Shown: positions 29,853 to 37,867, counted from the first letter of the stretch. The stretch is 64,000 nucleotides of DNA from an uncultured virus (IMG/VR IMGVR_UViG_3300024518_000036) (IMGVR_UViG_3300024518_000036), one strand, 5' to 3'. Numbers and translations: made by a program. The notes: a model not told the origin generated them from the sequence alone.

Positions 29853-31067
29853 TCACTTCCCCGTCTTGTTGAAGGTGTTGGCCAAGAAGTCAATCACGCT
29901 CTTCACGAGAGCATCGCCCTTGTTGGTCCGAGCCGCTTGGACCAGGGAGGTGATGTCTCCGCCATTCGACGTGTAGGTGGAAACTGCCGTTGCGATGTAC
30001 TCACGGTCACGTTGAGTGACGTGACCGACAGCCCTCATGAACATGAGAGGAGCCTCTTTCTTCTTCTTGGCATCAACGCCCTTGCGCCACTCGGCAGCGA
30101 CCTCCCCAAGCCCCGTGGCCATGGCGTATGCCTTGTCCGGGCTGTTGAGGACCTTCCGAGGATCCGGCAGGACCTTCAGGGGATCCCGCAACACCTTGGT
30201 CGGATCGACCAGGGTATTCCTCACGTTCAGGAACGCCTGGAACTCGGTTGCGATGCCCTCCGAAACCAGACCGGAAGCGACTTCGAGAAGCACTCCGTTC
30301 GCCTCTGCGACGGTGAACACTCCTCCAAGCAGAGCCCAGCTCCGGGGCGTAGCGAAGGAGCCCTTCTTGTCGGCATCCTTCGGGAGCTTGCTGTGGTGGG
30401 AGGGACGGAATCGCAGGAACGCGGCGATGACAGGAGCGTGTTCCTGCTGCTGTCCATACCACTCGCACCAGTCCTCGACGTTCGTCTCGACGGTTAGGAT
30501 CTGGACGGTGTTACAGAAGTGAGCAGGCAGCGTCGAGCTACCGCTCTTGTCCTCCCGACGGTTGCCGGTCGAGAACAGGATCACGCCGGGGGAGAGCCTC
30601 ATTTGGCCGATGCGTCGATACAGGACCAACTGGCGAACGGCCACCTGGACAGCGGGAGCCGCAGCTGGGATGTCATCCAGGCAGAGGACTCCGACTGCAC
30701 CGGGAGCACAGAAGGGTGCCATCCAACGCTGGGCGGCGTAAAGCGTGACCATCATCTCGGTCCCGCAGACCGACTGCATCCCGGTCTTGGGGATTCCGCC
30801 GATGTCTTCCGGCAGGAAGCTGCTCAAGTCGGCGGCATAGAACAGCACCGCGCTGTCGGGGCTCCCGTTGAAGTTCGGCTTCAAGGCCAAGTCCACGACC
30901 GGCCGGTTGAGGTGCGTACCGATCAGTGCGGCGGCGGCCAGGGCGCAGGCCGACTTGCCAATGCCGGGCTCTCCCAGCACCTGAACTGGTGCTATGGGAT
31001 CCATGCCCCGGCGGCGGAAGTGCGCCCAGAGGCCGAAGGTGTAATCTCGAAGGACGTTGAATTGCAT
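29853..31067 (-). CDS. MoxR-like/AAA_5-type ATPase, partner of the DUF2201-VWA protein
   Basis: Walker A GEPGIGKS, Walker B-like LCLDDI, STGNRRED and FATPRSW. RBS CACAGGAG. Confidence 0.85.
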   Translation of the reverse strand: MQFNVLRDYTFGLWAHFRRRGMDPIAPVQVLGEPGIGKSACALAAAALIGTHLNRPVVDLALKPNFNGSPDSAVLFYAADLSSFLPEDIGGIPKTGMQSVCGTEMMVTLYAAQRWMAPFCAPGAVGVLCLDDIPAAAPAVQVAVRQLVLYRRIGQMRLSPGVILFSTGNRREDKSGSSTLPAHFCNTVQILTVETNVEDWCEWYGQQQEHAPVIAAFLRFRPSHHSKLPKDADKKGSFATPRSWALLGGVFTVAEANGVLLEVASGLVSEGIATEFQAFLNVRNTLVDPTKVLRDPLKVLPDPRKVLNSPDKAYAMATGLGEVAAEWRKGVDAKKKKEAPLMFMRAVGHVTQRDREYIATAVSTYTSNGGDITSLVQAARTNKGDALVKSVIDFLANTFNKTGK

Positions 31068-31113
31068 GTTGATCTCCTGTGCGATGAGTCATGCGGGTTG
31101 TTGAGGGTACGGG

Positions 31114-31185
31114 GGCTTCCCGATACAGCGACCACCTAGTAGTCGCCGTTTCACCTGGTAGCCAACCAGGATCATCAGCCGGGGA
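31114..31185 (-). ncRNA. Type I hammerhead ribozyme variant (GUA site, U-U at the base of stem II)
   Basis: Minus strand reads CCCGG-CTGATGA-T-CCTGGT[TGGCT]ACCAGG-T-GAA-ACGGCGACTAC[TAG]GTGGTCGCTGT-A-TCGGG-AAGCC. Loop II GGCT can pair with the 3' tail AGCC. Confidence 0.7.
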
Positions 31186-31194
31186 TGCTTAACC

Positions 31195-31782
31195 TCAGTT
31201 CAGCTTGCTGAGAGCCGTGGCGACCTCCAGCGGCGAGAATCCCGCCGCCTTCAGCGCTCTGGCAATGACCACCAGGCGATCGTCCTGCTTGACGAGCTGC
31301 GGCTCCGGCAGCTCGGCGATGAACGCCGGAGTGAGGACTTCCGGCAGGCCCGCCTTCTCGGCGAACCTTCCGGCTCGGTGGGCCTTGGAGAACTCGTTCC
31401 GGTTCTTCATCCGGCTCCAGTAGTCCAGACCGGGCTTGATGCCGGTGTCCCCGGCTCCGACACCGATGGCCTCCAGGGCTTCCCCGACGGCGAACCAGCG
31501 AGCGATTGCATCGCGGATGCCCTCGTGGTTGATCGGCGCCTTCTCCCAGGTGCCGATCACTTTCGTGGCCCGGCCCTTGTGGCTGGGCTCTGCGGTGGCC
31601 TGGAGACAGTCATCGACTCCGGGGCGGGAGTCGAGGCTCAGGGACTTGAGCAGCCGAGCGAAGGCTCGGATTTGCTTCCAGGTGACGGGACGAAGGTCCG
31701 CCGTGTGGGGATCGGTGTCGGTCATATGACCTCCTGTGTTGTTGGCTGAGGGTTTGTCGAGGTTGTTGTTGTTGTCGGTCAT
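31195..31782 (-). CDS. Paralog family B, member 1; two in-frame starts (31782 and 31725), each with its own RBS
   Basis: WKQIRAFA...WFAVGEAL...AAGFSPLEVATALSKL. Confidence 0.75.
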   Translation of the reverse strand: MTDNNNNLDKPSANNTGGHMTDTDPHTADLRPVTWKQIRAFARLLKSLSLDSRPGVDDCLQATAEPSHKGRATKVIGTWEKAPINHEGIRDAIARWFAVGEALEAIGVGAGDTGIKPGLDYWSRMKNRNEFSKAHRAGRFAEKAGLPEVLTPAFIAELPEPQLVKQDDRLVVIARALKAAGFSPLEVATALSKLN

Positions 31783-31811
31783 ATGACCTCCTGTGTTGTT
31801 GGCTGAGGGTT
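31716..31811. repeat. 39-bp exact direct repeat (period 57) duplicating the leader, RBS and start codon
   Basis: TGTCGGTCATATGACCTCCTGTGTTGTTGGCTGAGGGTT at 31716-31754 and 31773-31811. Confidence 0.9.
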
Positions 31812-31834
31812 GAGGGTGACTTGCCATAGTCGCA

Positions 31835-31890
31835 ATAAAACAGAACGAACCACGAAGGGGCCGACGGCAAAGACCGACGGCCCCCTGTGG
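31835..31890 (-). terminator. Putative intrinsic terminator or stabilising hairpin
   Basis: Minus strand GGGGCCGTCGG-TCTTTG-CCGTCGGCCCC followed by the T-rich tail TTCGTGGTTCGTTCTGTTTT, just after the stop at 31906. Confidence 0.5.
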
Positions 31891-31905
31891 GATGACGAGG
31901 TGAGA

Positions 31906-32619
31906 TCAGCTGGCGAGCTTCAGCTTCGCCAACGCCTGAGCGATATCCAGCGGGCTAATCCCGGCTGCGCTCATGGCTGCGGCCACCGTGGCGAGATTGA
32001 CATCGGACATTGCCTCCGCCAACACCAGGGCGGGGTCTGGGACACGGTCGCCCCACTCGACACTGCCAGCCTGCGGAACTGGCTGGGTCTCGACCTTCTC
32101 CTCGATGACACGTCGGGCAAACCCGGCGTGGCCGGAGAACAGATTGCCGCCCTTCCTTTCCCGAGGGACCGGGACCGGCAATTCGTAATTGGCCGAGTCG
32201 AGACCGGCCTTCTTCAAGAAGCCCTTTGCTCGGGCATGGGAGTCGATATCACCCAAGGGGTTCCGCTCACTGTGGATCCGCGTCCGAATCCGGGACAAGT
32301 AGTCCAATGCCGGGGACATGCCAGTCCGCTTCTTCTTGCTCTCGCCCTCGTGTGGTCCGATACCCAGCACCATCAGCGCCTCGCCGAAGGCGAACCACCA
32401 AGCGATTCGCTCCGTGATTACCACGTGGGCTTCGGGCTTGCTCTTCCAGCTTGCCACCTCGGCTTTTGCCGCCGTGACATGGGCCGGGAGAACCTCGATG
32501 TCACCCTCGATTCCGAACGTCTCCGCCAAGTCTTCCGACTTGTACGTCGCTCCGGGGCGAAGAACCCCAAAGCCCTGGATTGCGAACTGCTTGATCTGAC
32601 GCCACTTCATGTCACCCAT
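31906..32619 (-). CDS. Paralog family B, member 2
   Basis: MKWRQIKQFA...WFAFGEAL...AAGISPLDIAQALAKL aligns by eye with 31195..31782. Confidence 0.75.
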   Translation of the reverse strand: MGDMKWRQIKQFAIQGFGVLRPGATYKSEDLAETFGIEGDIEVLPAHVTAAKAEVASWKSKPEAHVVITERIAWWFAFGEALMVLGIGPHEGESKKKRTGMSPALDYLSRIRTRIHSERNPLGDIDSHARAKGFLKKAGLDSANYELPVPVPRERKGGNLFSGHAGFARRVIEEKVETQPVPQAGSVEWGDRVPDPALVLAEAMSDVNLATVAAAMSAAGISPLDIAQALAKLKLAS

Positions 32620-32900
32620 TGGGTACCTCTCATTGTTGTTGTTGCACGACGGATACAACGAGAAAAGAGCATCAACCGATGGAAACCACCGGAAACCACC
32701 GGTCGCCTTTTGTCTCTATCAGTTTTTTGCTCAAATCATCGTCATCCACCCTTTGCCATCGTTCAATTTTTCCTGCTTAAAGAGAATATCTCCGGTACTT
32801 GTCAGAACGTGCGTGATTGACGTGCGTCCGCGCAGACGCGAGTCTGTACGCACGGTGCGCGCATTAGATCCCTTGTACGCGTTGTTCCTTGTATTTGCGC

Positions 32901-33350
32901 TCAATTTACGTCGTTCCTCTTGCGCAGTAACCACTTGGTAATCTCCGTCGCCATTTCACTGTTCCCGTGCCTGTCTGGGTGGCAGAGTCGAATGAGGGCC
33001 TTTACCCTCGCTTGCGTCAGTCCGTCGTTGCTCTTCATCACAGGGGGAGGCTTCGCTTTGAAGGCCTTCAACTCCTTTCTTGCAGACGTGTAAGCTTTCC
33101 TTGCATCCTTGTAAGCTTGGTAGACCTTGCGACCTTTCACCCGTTCCTGTTCAGTCTGTTCTACAGCTTTGGTGTATGCATCACGCATCAACTCGAACGC
33201 CCGGTCGCCTTTCCCCGTCTTGTAGCCGTTCTCTTCCTTCCAGCAGAGGAGGCACTTCCTCTTCCAGTCTTCGTCGGCGACGAAGGGCTTGGTGCAGAGA
33301 TCGCACTCCCGAAGCTCGGCGAAATCAGAGTCGGTAGTTGTCTCCAACAC
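32901..33350 (-). CDS. Zn-finger, coiled-coil and truncated J-domain-like (HPD) protein
   Basis: CDLC...CLLC at the N-terminus and LIRLCHPDRHGNSEMATEITKWL at the C-terminus. GGAGG RBS with a GTG start. Confidence 0.65.
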   Translation of the reverse strand: MLETTTDSDFAELRECDLCTKPFVADEDWKRKCLLCWKEENGYKTGKGDRAFELMRDAYTKAVEQTEQERVKGRKVYQAYKDARKAYTSARKELKAFKAKPPPVMKSNDGLTQARVKALIRLCHPDRHGNSEMATEITKWLLRKRNDVN

Positions 33351-33384
33351 GATACCCTCCTATCCCGCGCCGAACTTCCATCTA

Positions 33385-33958
33385 CCGCAAGTCCGGATCT
33401 CAACTCGTTCTGGGGCGTGGTCTTCAACCTGGAGTCCCCATCCCGCAACTCAACTCCGGGCTCGGTCTCACGTCCGAAGCGATGGCCCCACCAGTCCGCA
33501 ACTCGTTCTGGGGCGTGCGCAAGGGCGACCCGCAACTCAGACTCTCGTTTCGACGCCGTCGGTCACCGCAACTCGGCGGAATGCTGACATCGACGTAGAC
33601 ATCCCGCAACTCAGTGCCGCAACGCTCGTCAACGCCAGGGCACGAAGAACCCGCAACTCGAACTGGCGCGCGACCTTCCCAGCCCCGCAACTCGCCTTCA
33701 TCGACGGTTGCCATCTGGCCCGCAACTCGACGGACGCCAGCAGACCCGCAACTCGTTCTTCCAAAGACATTGACCTGGTGCCCAGCGAGGAGGCTCGCTG
33801 AAGACGCCGCAACTCGACGTCGGAGAGAGGAAGAGCGGGTGCTCTCGTCGGGACTGGCTCCGCGAGCGTAGCGCCGCAACTCGACAGAGGGAGACCGCAA
33901 CTCGACAACAAGTATCTACAGGATCTGGAGATTCCCGAAGACCCCGAGCCCGCAACTC
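33385..33958. repeat. Non-coding array of 13 exact CCGCAACTC repeats with unique spacers of 12-58 bp
   Basis: Exact copies start at 33443, 33496, 33530, 33566, 33604, 33651, 33685, 33720, 33746, 33807, 33874, 33895 and 33950, with degenerate copies near 33385, 33398 and 33617. All are co-oriented and most spacings are not multiples of 3. Confidence 0.9.
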
Positions 33959-34015
33959 CTCTCCCTCCTCGAAAGGAAGGGGTGTGCCTCTTTTGTGAGT
34001 CGCCTACAACACCCC

Positions 34016-34335
34016 CAACGAGTTGGAAGTACTAGGTTCATCTCACCAGACGAGCGGTGTCAGAGCTTCGGTCGATGACCGAGCCGCTCGCGCTGGTTCG
34101 TTGATTTGGAGCGTCACCTGTTCACTCTGTTGCTCGATGGTGTAAGCCGAAGCCAAGCATCGAGGCGACTGAACGATGGGACTGTGGCGCTGGCTCTCTG
34201 AAGCCATTGCTGGGCATGACTGCCCACTCCCCTCAAGGCCCTGCGGTGGGCCACACGCTGCCAAGCACCGAGGCACGGAGCTTCCTGGCAGCGGTTTTTA
34301 GTGATGTGAAAGATCTCAAGACCCCAAGGGTCTAG
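34016..34335 (-). ncRNA. Putative omegaRNA/sgRNA-like guide RNA of the Cas12f-like nuclease
   Basis: About 300 nt downstream of the stop codon, with many stems: AGACCC/GGGTCT, CGCTGCCA/TGGCAGCG, TGGGCA/TGCCCA, TGGCT/AGCCA, CTCGATG/CATCGAG and ACCAG..CGAGCGG/CCGCTCG.CTGGT. It ends in GAGATGAAC at 34036, similar to the TGAAC 3' end of the AsCas12f1 repeat. Confidence 0.6.
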
Positions 34336-35943
34336 TTAGTTCGCCGCAACCTTTCCTTCAACCTTCTTGGCTGCAAGGATGCCCCGACGGGCGATATTGA
34401 TGGCTGCGTTGTGGTCGGCTTGTCCTCTGTAGTCACAGCCCTTTCGACTGCTCTCGGCAAGCTTCTTGTTTCGGAGGAGGGTCTCCCCCAAAGGGACTTC
34501 GCCGTCTGCCCACTCGAAAGGAGCCTGGGTTCCTTCGGAGGCACAGTGAAAGATCTCAGGCGAGATGCGGCCCGAAGCGATCTCTCCTTCCTTCGGAGAC
34601 CGGTCGACCCAATCGCGCTTGTGAACGAGACTGCATTGATGGCAGGTTCGAGACGTCCATGCCGGGTCGATGGCTACAGCTTGAACACCTTCACGCTTCG
34701 CGACCCAAAGAAGCTGCTCGCGCATAGCAGCTTCGTGCCAACGAAAGAAGCTGCCTCGAATGCGCCTGCCCTCGGAACGGCTCCGGCGGTCAGCCTTGGC
34801 GTGCATCTTGTCAACCGACCATTTGCCGTGGTCCTCGACGACGATGAGAGTCGCCCCGCGCTTGATGGCTTGCTGAATAGTCGCCGCTGCAGTTTGCTGA
34901 ATCATGGTGACAACCAGGCGTGCGTGGCGGTCGGCAATGTGGTCGAGGGCACGAATCTTGCGGGAACGGCCCCTCCCCGCGCGAACCTCAAGAACGGCAG
35001 CGTTCAGCAAGCCCCGCATCTGCCTCTCGTGCTTGATCCAGGCTAGAGCACGAAGGGTGCGTCGAGGGAAGTGGACGAGTTCGGGTCGTTTCAGGGGCTT
35101 CCCCTCGCCATCTACGAAGGCCGTCCAAGTGGCGTGTCGAATGCCCGTGTCAATGCCCGCAACCACGGCCTTGATCTCTTCGGGCTCGAATGTCGCCACC
35201 TTGTGCTGAAGGTCCGTGAAGGTAATCGAGAGCATCCACTTTCCGCGAGCGCCGGGTCGTTGCTTCCACAACAACGTGGATGTGCCCATCTTGTAGCGGC
35301 CGGTTCGCATGCCTTCGAGAATAGCTTGGCTTCCTTTGTCGATTTTGCGGGGTCGAAGTGCAACCCATCCGGCTCCCCGCCTCACCCGAGGGAGGCCATT
35401 GAAGTTCCCAAATGCTTGAAACAGGATCGTTCCATCCTCCCGAAGCTTGACGCCCTGGTTCGTGATGGGAATCCCCCCGTTACGAAAGGAAGCCAGGGAT
35501 TTCTTCCCTCGGCGGATATCCATCAAATCGGTCTTGAGGCGGTCGTGAACGACCGTGGCCTGAGCCGTCAGGACGAGTCCAGCGGGTCCAGGAAGCTGGA
35601 GAGTTTCGGTCTTCTCCGCCTCTCCGTGCCGCCCGATCTTGATCTTCTTCTCGGTACGGTAGGGCTTGTACGCCGCCCCGGAGCCTGTGGGATCCCAAGT
35701 TCCGTTAAAGACCTGATAGGCGAGGGTCTGGAAGAAGGCTGGCTTGCCGTCCGGTCGAACGGGGCGCGGGATCGCCTCTTCGTACACCAGCCAGAGGTTT
35801 CGGATGGCTCGATTGCTGGCGCGGGTCAACGTGTCCATCACGTTCCAGAGCTTGTGCTGAACCCGGATTTTGTCTTCGCGTCGTGCCGAAGCGAAAACCA
35901 CCTCGAAGCGAATGGCACGAGTCAATCCTTTCTGCTTCCCCAC
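34336..35943 (-). CDS. Cas12f1/TnpB-family RNA-guided nuclease, about 535 aa, RuvC triad intact
   Basis: RuvC-I VAGIDTG, RuvC-II IVVEDH, IDPAWTSRTCHQC and RuvC-III ADHNAAINIA. Segments IRRGKKSLASFR, AILEGMRTGRYK..KWMLSITF and RAGRGRSRKIRALDHI resemble AsCas12f1 as recalled (ILRGDMSIPSYK, IMDRILSGEYQ..KWYLNISY, RGGHGRDKRIKPIEQL). GTG start after GGAG. Confidence 0.9.
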   Translation of the reverse strand: MGKQKGLTRAIRFEVVFASARREDKIRVQHKLWNVMDTLTRASNRAIRNLWLVYEEAIPRPVRPDGKPAFFQTLAYQVFNGTWDPTGSGAAYKPYRTEKKIKIGRHGEAEKTETLQLPGPAGLVLTAQATVVHDRLKTDLMDIRRGKKSLASFRNGGIPITNQGVKLREDGTILFQAFGNFNGLPRVRRGAGWVALRPRKIDKGSQAILEGMRTGRYKMGTSTLLWKQRPGARGKWMLSITFTDLQHKVATFEPEEIKAVVAGIDTGIRHATWTAFVDGEGKPLKRPELVHFPRRTLRALAWIKHERQMRGLLNAAVLEVRAGRGRSRKIRALDHIADRHARLVVTMIQQTAAATIQQAIKRGATLIVVEDHGKWSVDKMHAKADRRSRSEGRRIRGSFFRWHEAAMREQLLWVAKREGVQAVAIDPAWTSRTCHQCSLVHKRDWVDRSPKEGEIASGRISPEIFHCASEGTQAPFEWADGEVPLGETLLRNKKLAESSRKGCDYRGQADHNAAINIARRGILAAKKVEGKVAAN

Positions 35944-36028
35944 GCCTACTCCCCCTTTGTCATCTGGCAATTACCTGGTGGCCTCTGTCTTGTCAACTGG
36001 CAATCTCGTGCTTCTGGTACGGTCCCCA

Positions 36029-36694
36029 TCAGCCCCCCTCTTCGCCCTCGCGAGAGATGCGGATTCGATCGCATTCTTCGGAGCAGGTAAGGGCGCCAGC
36101 GAAGGCGACCCGCTCTCCGCAGGTCTGACAGGGCCCTCTGGGAGCTGCGAGGCCGTCCAGCTGAAGCAGGATCATCGTAGCCTGTTGGCCAATGCAGCAC
36201 TGGTACTCCGGGTCCGGGGCCTCCCACGGCTCGTCGCACTCCGAGCACCGCCCGTCATCTTCTCTTCCTTCGGCAGCAATGCTCTTCACGAAGTCGAGGA
36301 GAACGTCTGACCCGAAGGTTCCGAGAAAGACGTTGCCTTGCCCGGCTCTCCTAAGACCCTTCACTTCGACCCCCGCCTGTTCCAGCAGAGCGGCCGCTTC
36401 GTGCCCGTTGCCTTCGATAGTGAGGATGAAGGTGAGTTCGTCAGAGGTGTTGGCCTTCTCTGCTCCTTTCACGGGGCTTCCTTTCTCCCCTTCATCACCG
36501 CCGCCCGACCCCCGTTCAGGCAGGGCGCTCGCTTCGCTCGCGCCAGAACCTTCGGGAAATGGGAGTGAGGCTTGGTGTAGTGTGCGGGATGAAGTGGGCG
36601 CGGTGCAGGGTAGACGCTCCCAGTAGCGGTCGGAAGGGTCTTCGGGAAATGGGAGTGAGGCTTGGCCTCCAAGCGGGGTCTTCTTTTTCGTCAT
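36029..36694 (-). CDS. Hypothetical protein with duplicated QASLPFPE and C-terminal Cys motifs
   Basis: In-frame 26-bp exact repeat at 36550-36575 and 36640-36665. Confidence 0.55.
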   Translation of the reverse strand: MTKKKTPLGGQASLPFPEDPSDRYWERLPCTAPTSSRTLHQASLPFPEGSGASEASALPERGSGGGDEGEKGSPVKGAEKANTSDELTFILTIEGNGHEAAALLEQAGVEVKGLRRAGQGNVFLGTFGSDVLLDFVKSIAAEGREDDGRCSECDEPWEAPDPEYQCCIGQQATMILLQLDGLAAPRGPCQTCGERVAFAGALTCSEECDRIRISREGEEGG

Positions 36695-37188
36695 GTTGCC
36701 TCTTGCAGTTGAATACGAGCGCGAACCAGGGCCAACGTGGGGTCGTCAGTGTCGATGACAAAGGTGATTGTTCGTCCGCCGCTGTACCGGTTGATGGTGG
36801 AGAGTGCCCACATCCCGTCTCGACCGGAGAAAGTGAGTTCACCCTCATCGTTGAGCTTGGCTGCTCGAACGAGGTCAGCTTTGAGACACGCCCACGTTGC
36901 TACATCGGCCGGGTCCACGTTGGGGAGCAGATCACCGGCTTTGAGCGCTGTCGTGATGGGAGTCATGTTCAACGGCGAAGCCGCCCCGTAGCCGACGGGG
37001 GAGAAGGCAGGCAGCTCGGACAGCCCGTACAGGCTCACCAGGTCGTCCTTCAACCAGAAGGCGTAGTCCATGCGCCTTTCCACGTCCCTCAGTTCGGCCA
37101 CACACTGCCATCCCCCGACCGTGCTCACCCCGCGCCTCGCCAGGTAGCCCTCGGGGTATGCCCTCCACAGCAGTTCTCGATCAATCAC
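36691..37188 (-). CDS. Hypothetical phage protein
   Basis: 165 aa with AGGAG RBS. Confidence 0.65.
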   Translation of the reverse strand: MIDRELLWRAYPEGYLARRGVSTVGGWQCVAELRDVERRMDYAFWLKDDLVSLYGLSELPAFSPVGYGAASPLNMTPITTALKAGDLLPNVDPADVATWACLKADLVRAAKLNDEGELTFSGRDGMWALSTINRYSGGRTITFVIDTDDPTLALVRARIQLQEAT

Positions 37189-37201
37189 GGCTCAGCTCCT
37201 T

Positions 37202-37786
37202 TCATGGGATGTTCATGGGGGTTTTCCAGCGACCATTGAGAATCACGCGCATGCGTACCTCACCCAGAGGAGCGAACTCCTCGTTGGGGAAATCCAGACG
37301 GACGTTCCAGTCCTCGTTGGCTGGAATGAGAACGGGGTGCTTCTCGTAACGAGCGAGTCCTCGGAAGAAGTAGGTCTTGCCGATGAGAAAGGTCTGGCAC
37401 AACTCGCGCCACTCGTTCTCAGCCTTCACTGCGGCCAGCTGCTCAAGATCGCTCGGGGCACCTTGCGAGAAGAACATGTCGAAGAAGGAGCCGTGGAACA
37501 TGGAGCAGGGTCCGATGGGGATTCGTGTCTGCAAGAAGTCCCAGTTCAACTCACCGTTCCACATCAACTCGACCAGGTCCGACTTCTCCTGGGCATAGAT
37601 CTCCCACGAAACAGCGTAGATCTCTTTCGCGATGGATTGCCGGTCGCGAACAAAGGGGAAGACGACTCCTTTTACTGGTTTCCCAGAAAACCGGATGGAT
37701 GCCCATAAGGGAGACTCATCGAAGCGGAACACGCGGGCTCCTTCCGGGGGTGAAGAGAGACCGGGGGGATAAAGCTGTGATGCCAA
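37202..37786 (-). CDS. Hypothetical protein with internal SDLEQLA tag; first gene of the minus-strand block
   Basis: 194-aa ORF; start uncertain. Confidence 0.6.
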   Translation of the reverse strand: MASQLYPPGLSSPPEGARVFRFDESPLWASIRFSGKPVKGVVFPFVRDRQSIAKEIYAVSWEIYAQEKSDLVELMWNGELNWDFLQTRIPIGPCSMFHGSFFDMFFSQGAPSDLEQLAAVKAENEWRELCQTFLIGKTYFFRGLARYEKHPVLIPANEDWNVRLDFPNEEFAPLGEVRMRVILNGRWKTPMNIP

Positions 37787-37867
37787 GGGAACTCCTGCGC
37801 ATTGTCATCTGTCATATCCCAAGTGGTGCCAGAGGCAACTAGGTTTATTGGGTTAGGATTCATCTGA

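Noticed and set aside
33188..33955. ORF-track ORFs spanning the CCGCAACTC array
   Set aside because: The repeats fall in all three frames and the ORFs lack convincing RBSs or protein-like character, so the region is treated as non-coding.
33443..33958. Calling the 9-bp array a canonical CRISPR or a TIGR array
   Set aside because: The repeat is too short and the spacing too irregular for a canonical CRISPR. There is no alternating second repeat and no Nop-domain protein as in TIGR-Tas. Kept only as a hypothesis in the findings.
34336..35943. Autonomous IS200/IS605 or IS607 element
   Set aside because: No Y1 transposase or serine recombinase is adjacent and no clear left-end hairpin was found. 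A non-autonomous element cannot be fully excluded.
36550..36665. Two 26-bp exact repeats upstream of the Cas12f-like gene as a mini CRISPR array
   Set aside because: The 64-bp spacer is too long, the 90-bp period is in frame within a plausible ORF (QASLPFPE twice), and I saw no anti-repeat in the putative guide RNA.
5..37000. Long plus-strand ORFs in the left block (e.g. 5..574, 4412..5719, 23785..24930, 31810..32820, 35071..36090)
   Set aside because: These are antisense shadows of tightly tiled, RBS-bearing minus-strand genes in GC-rich DNA.
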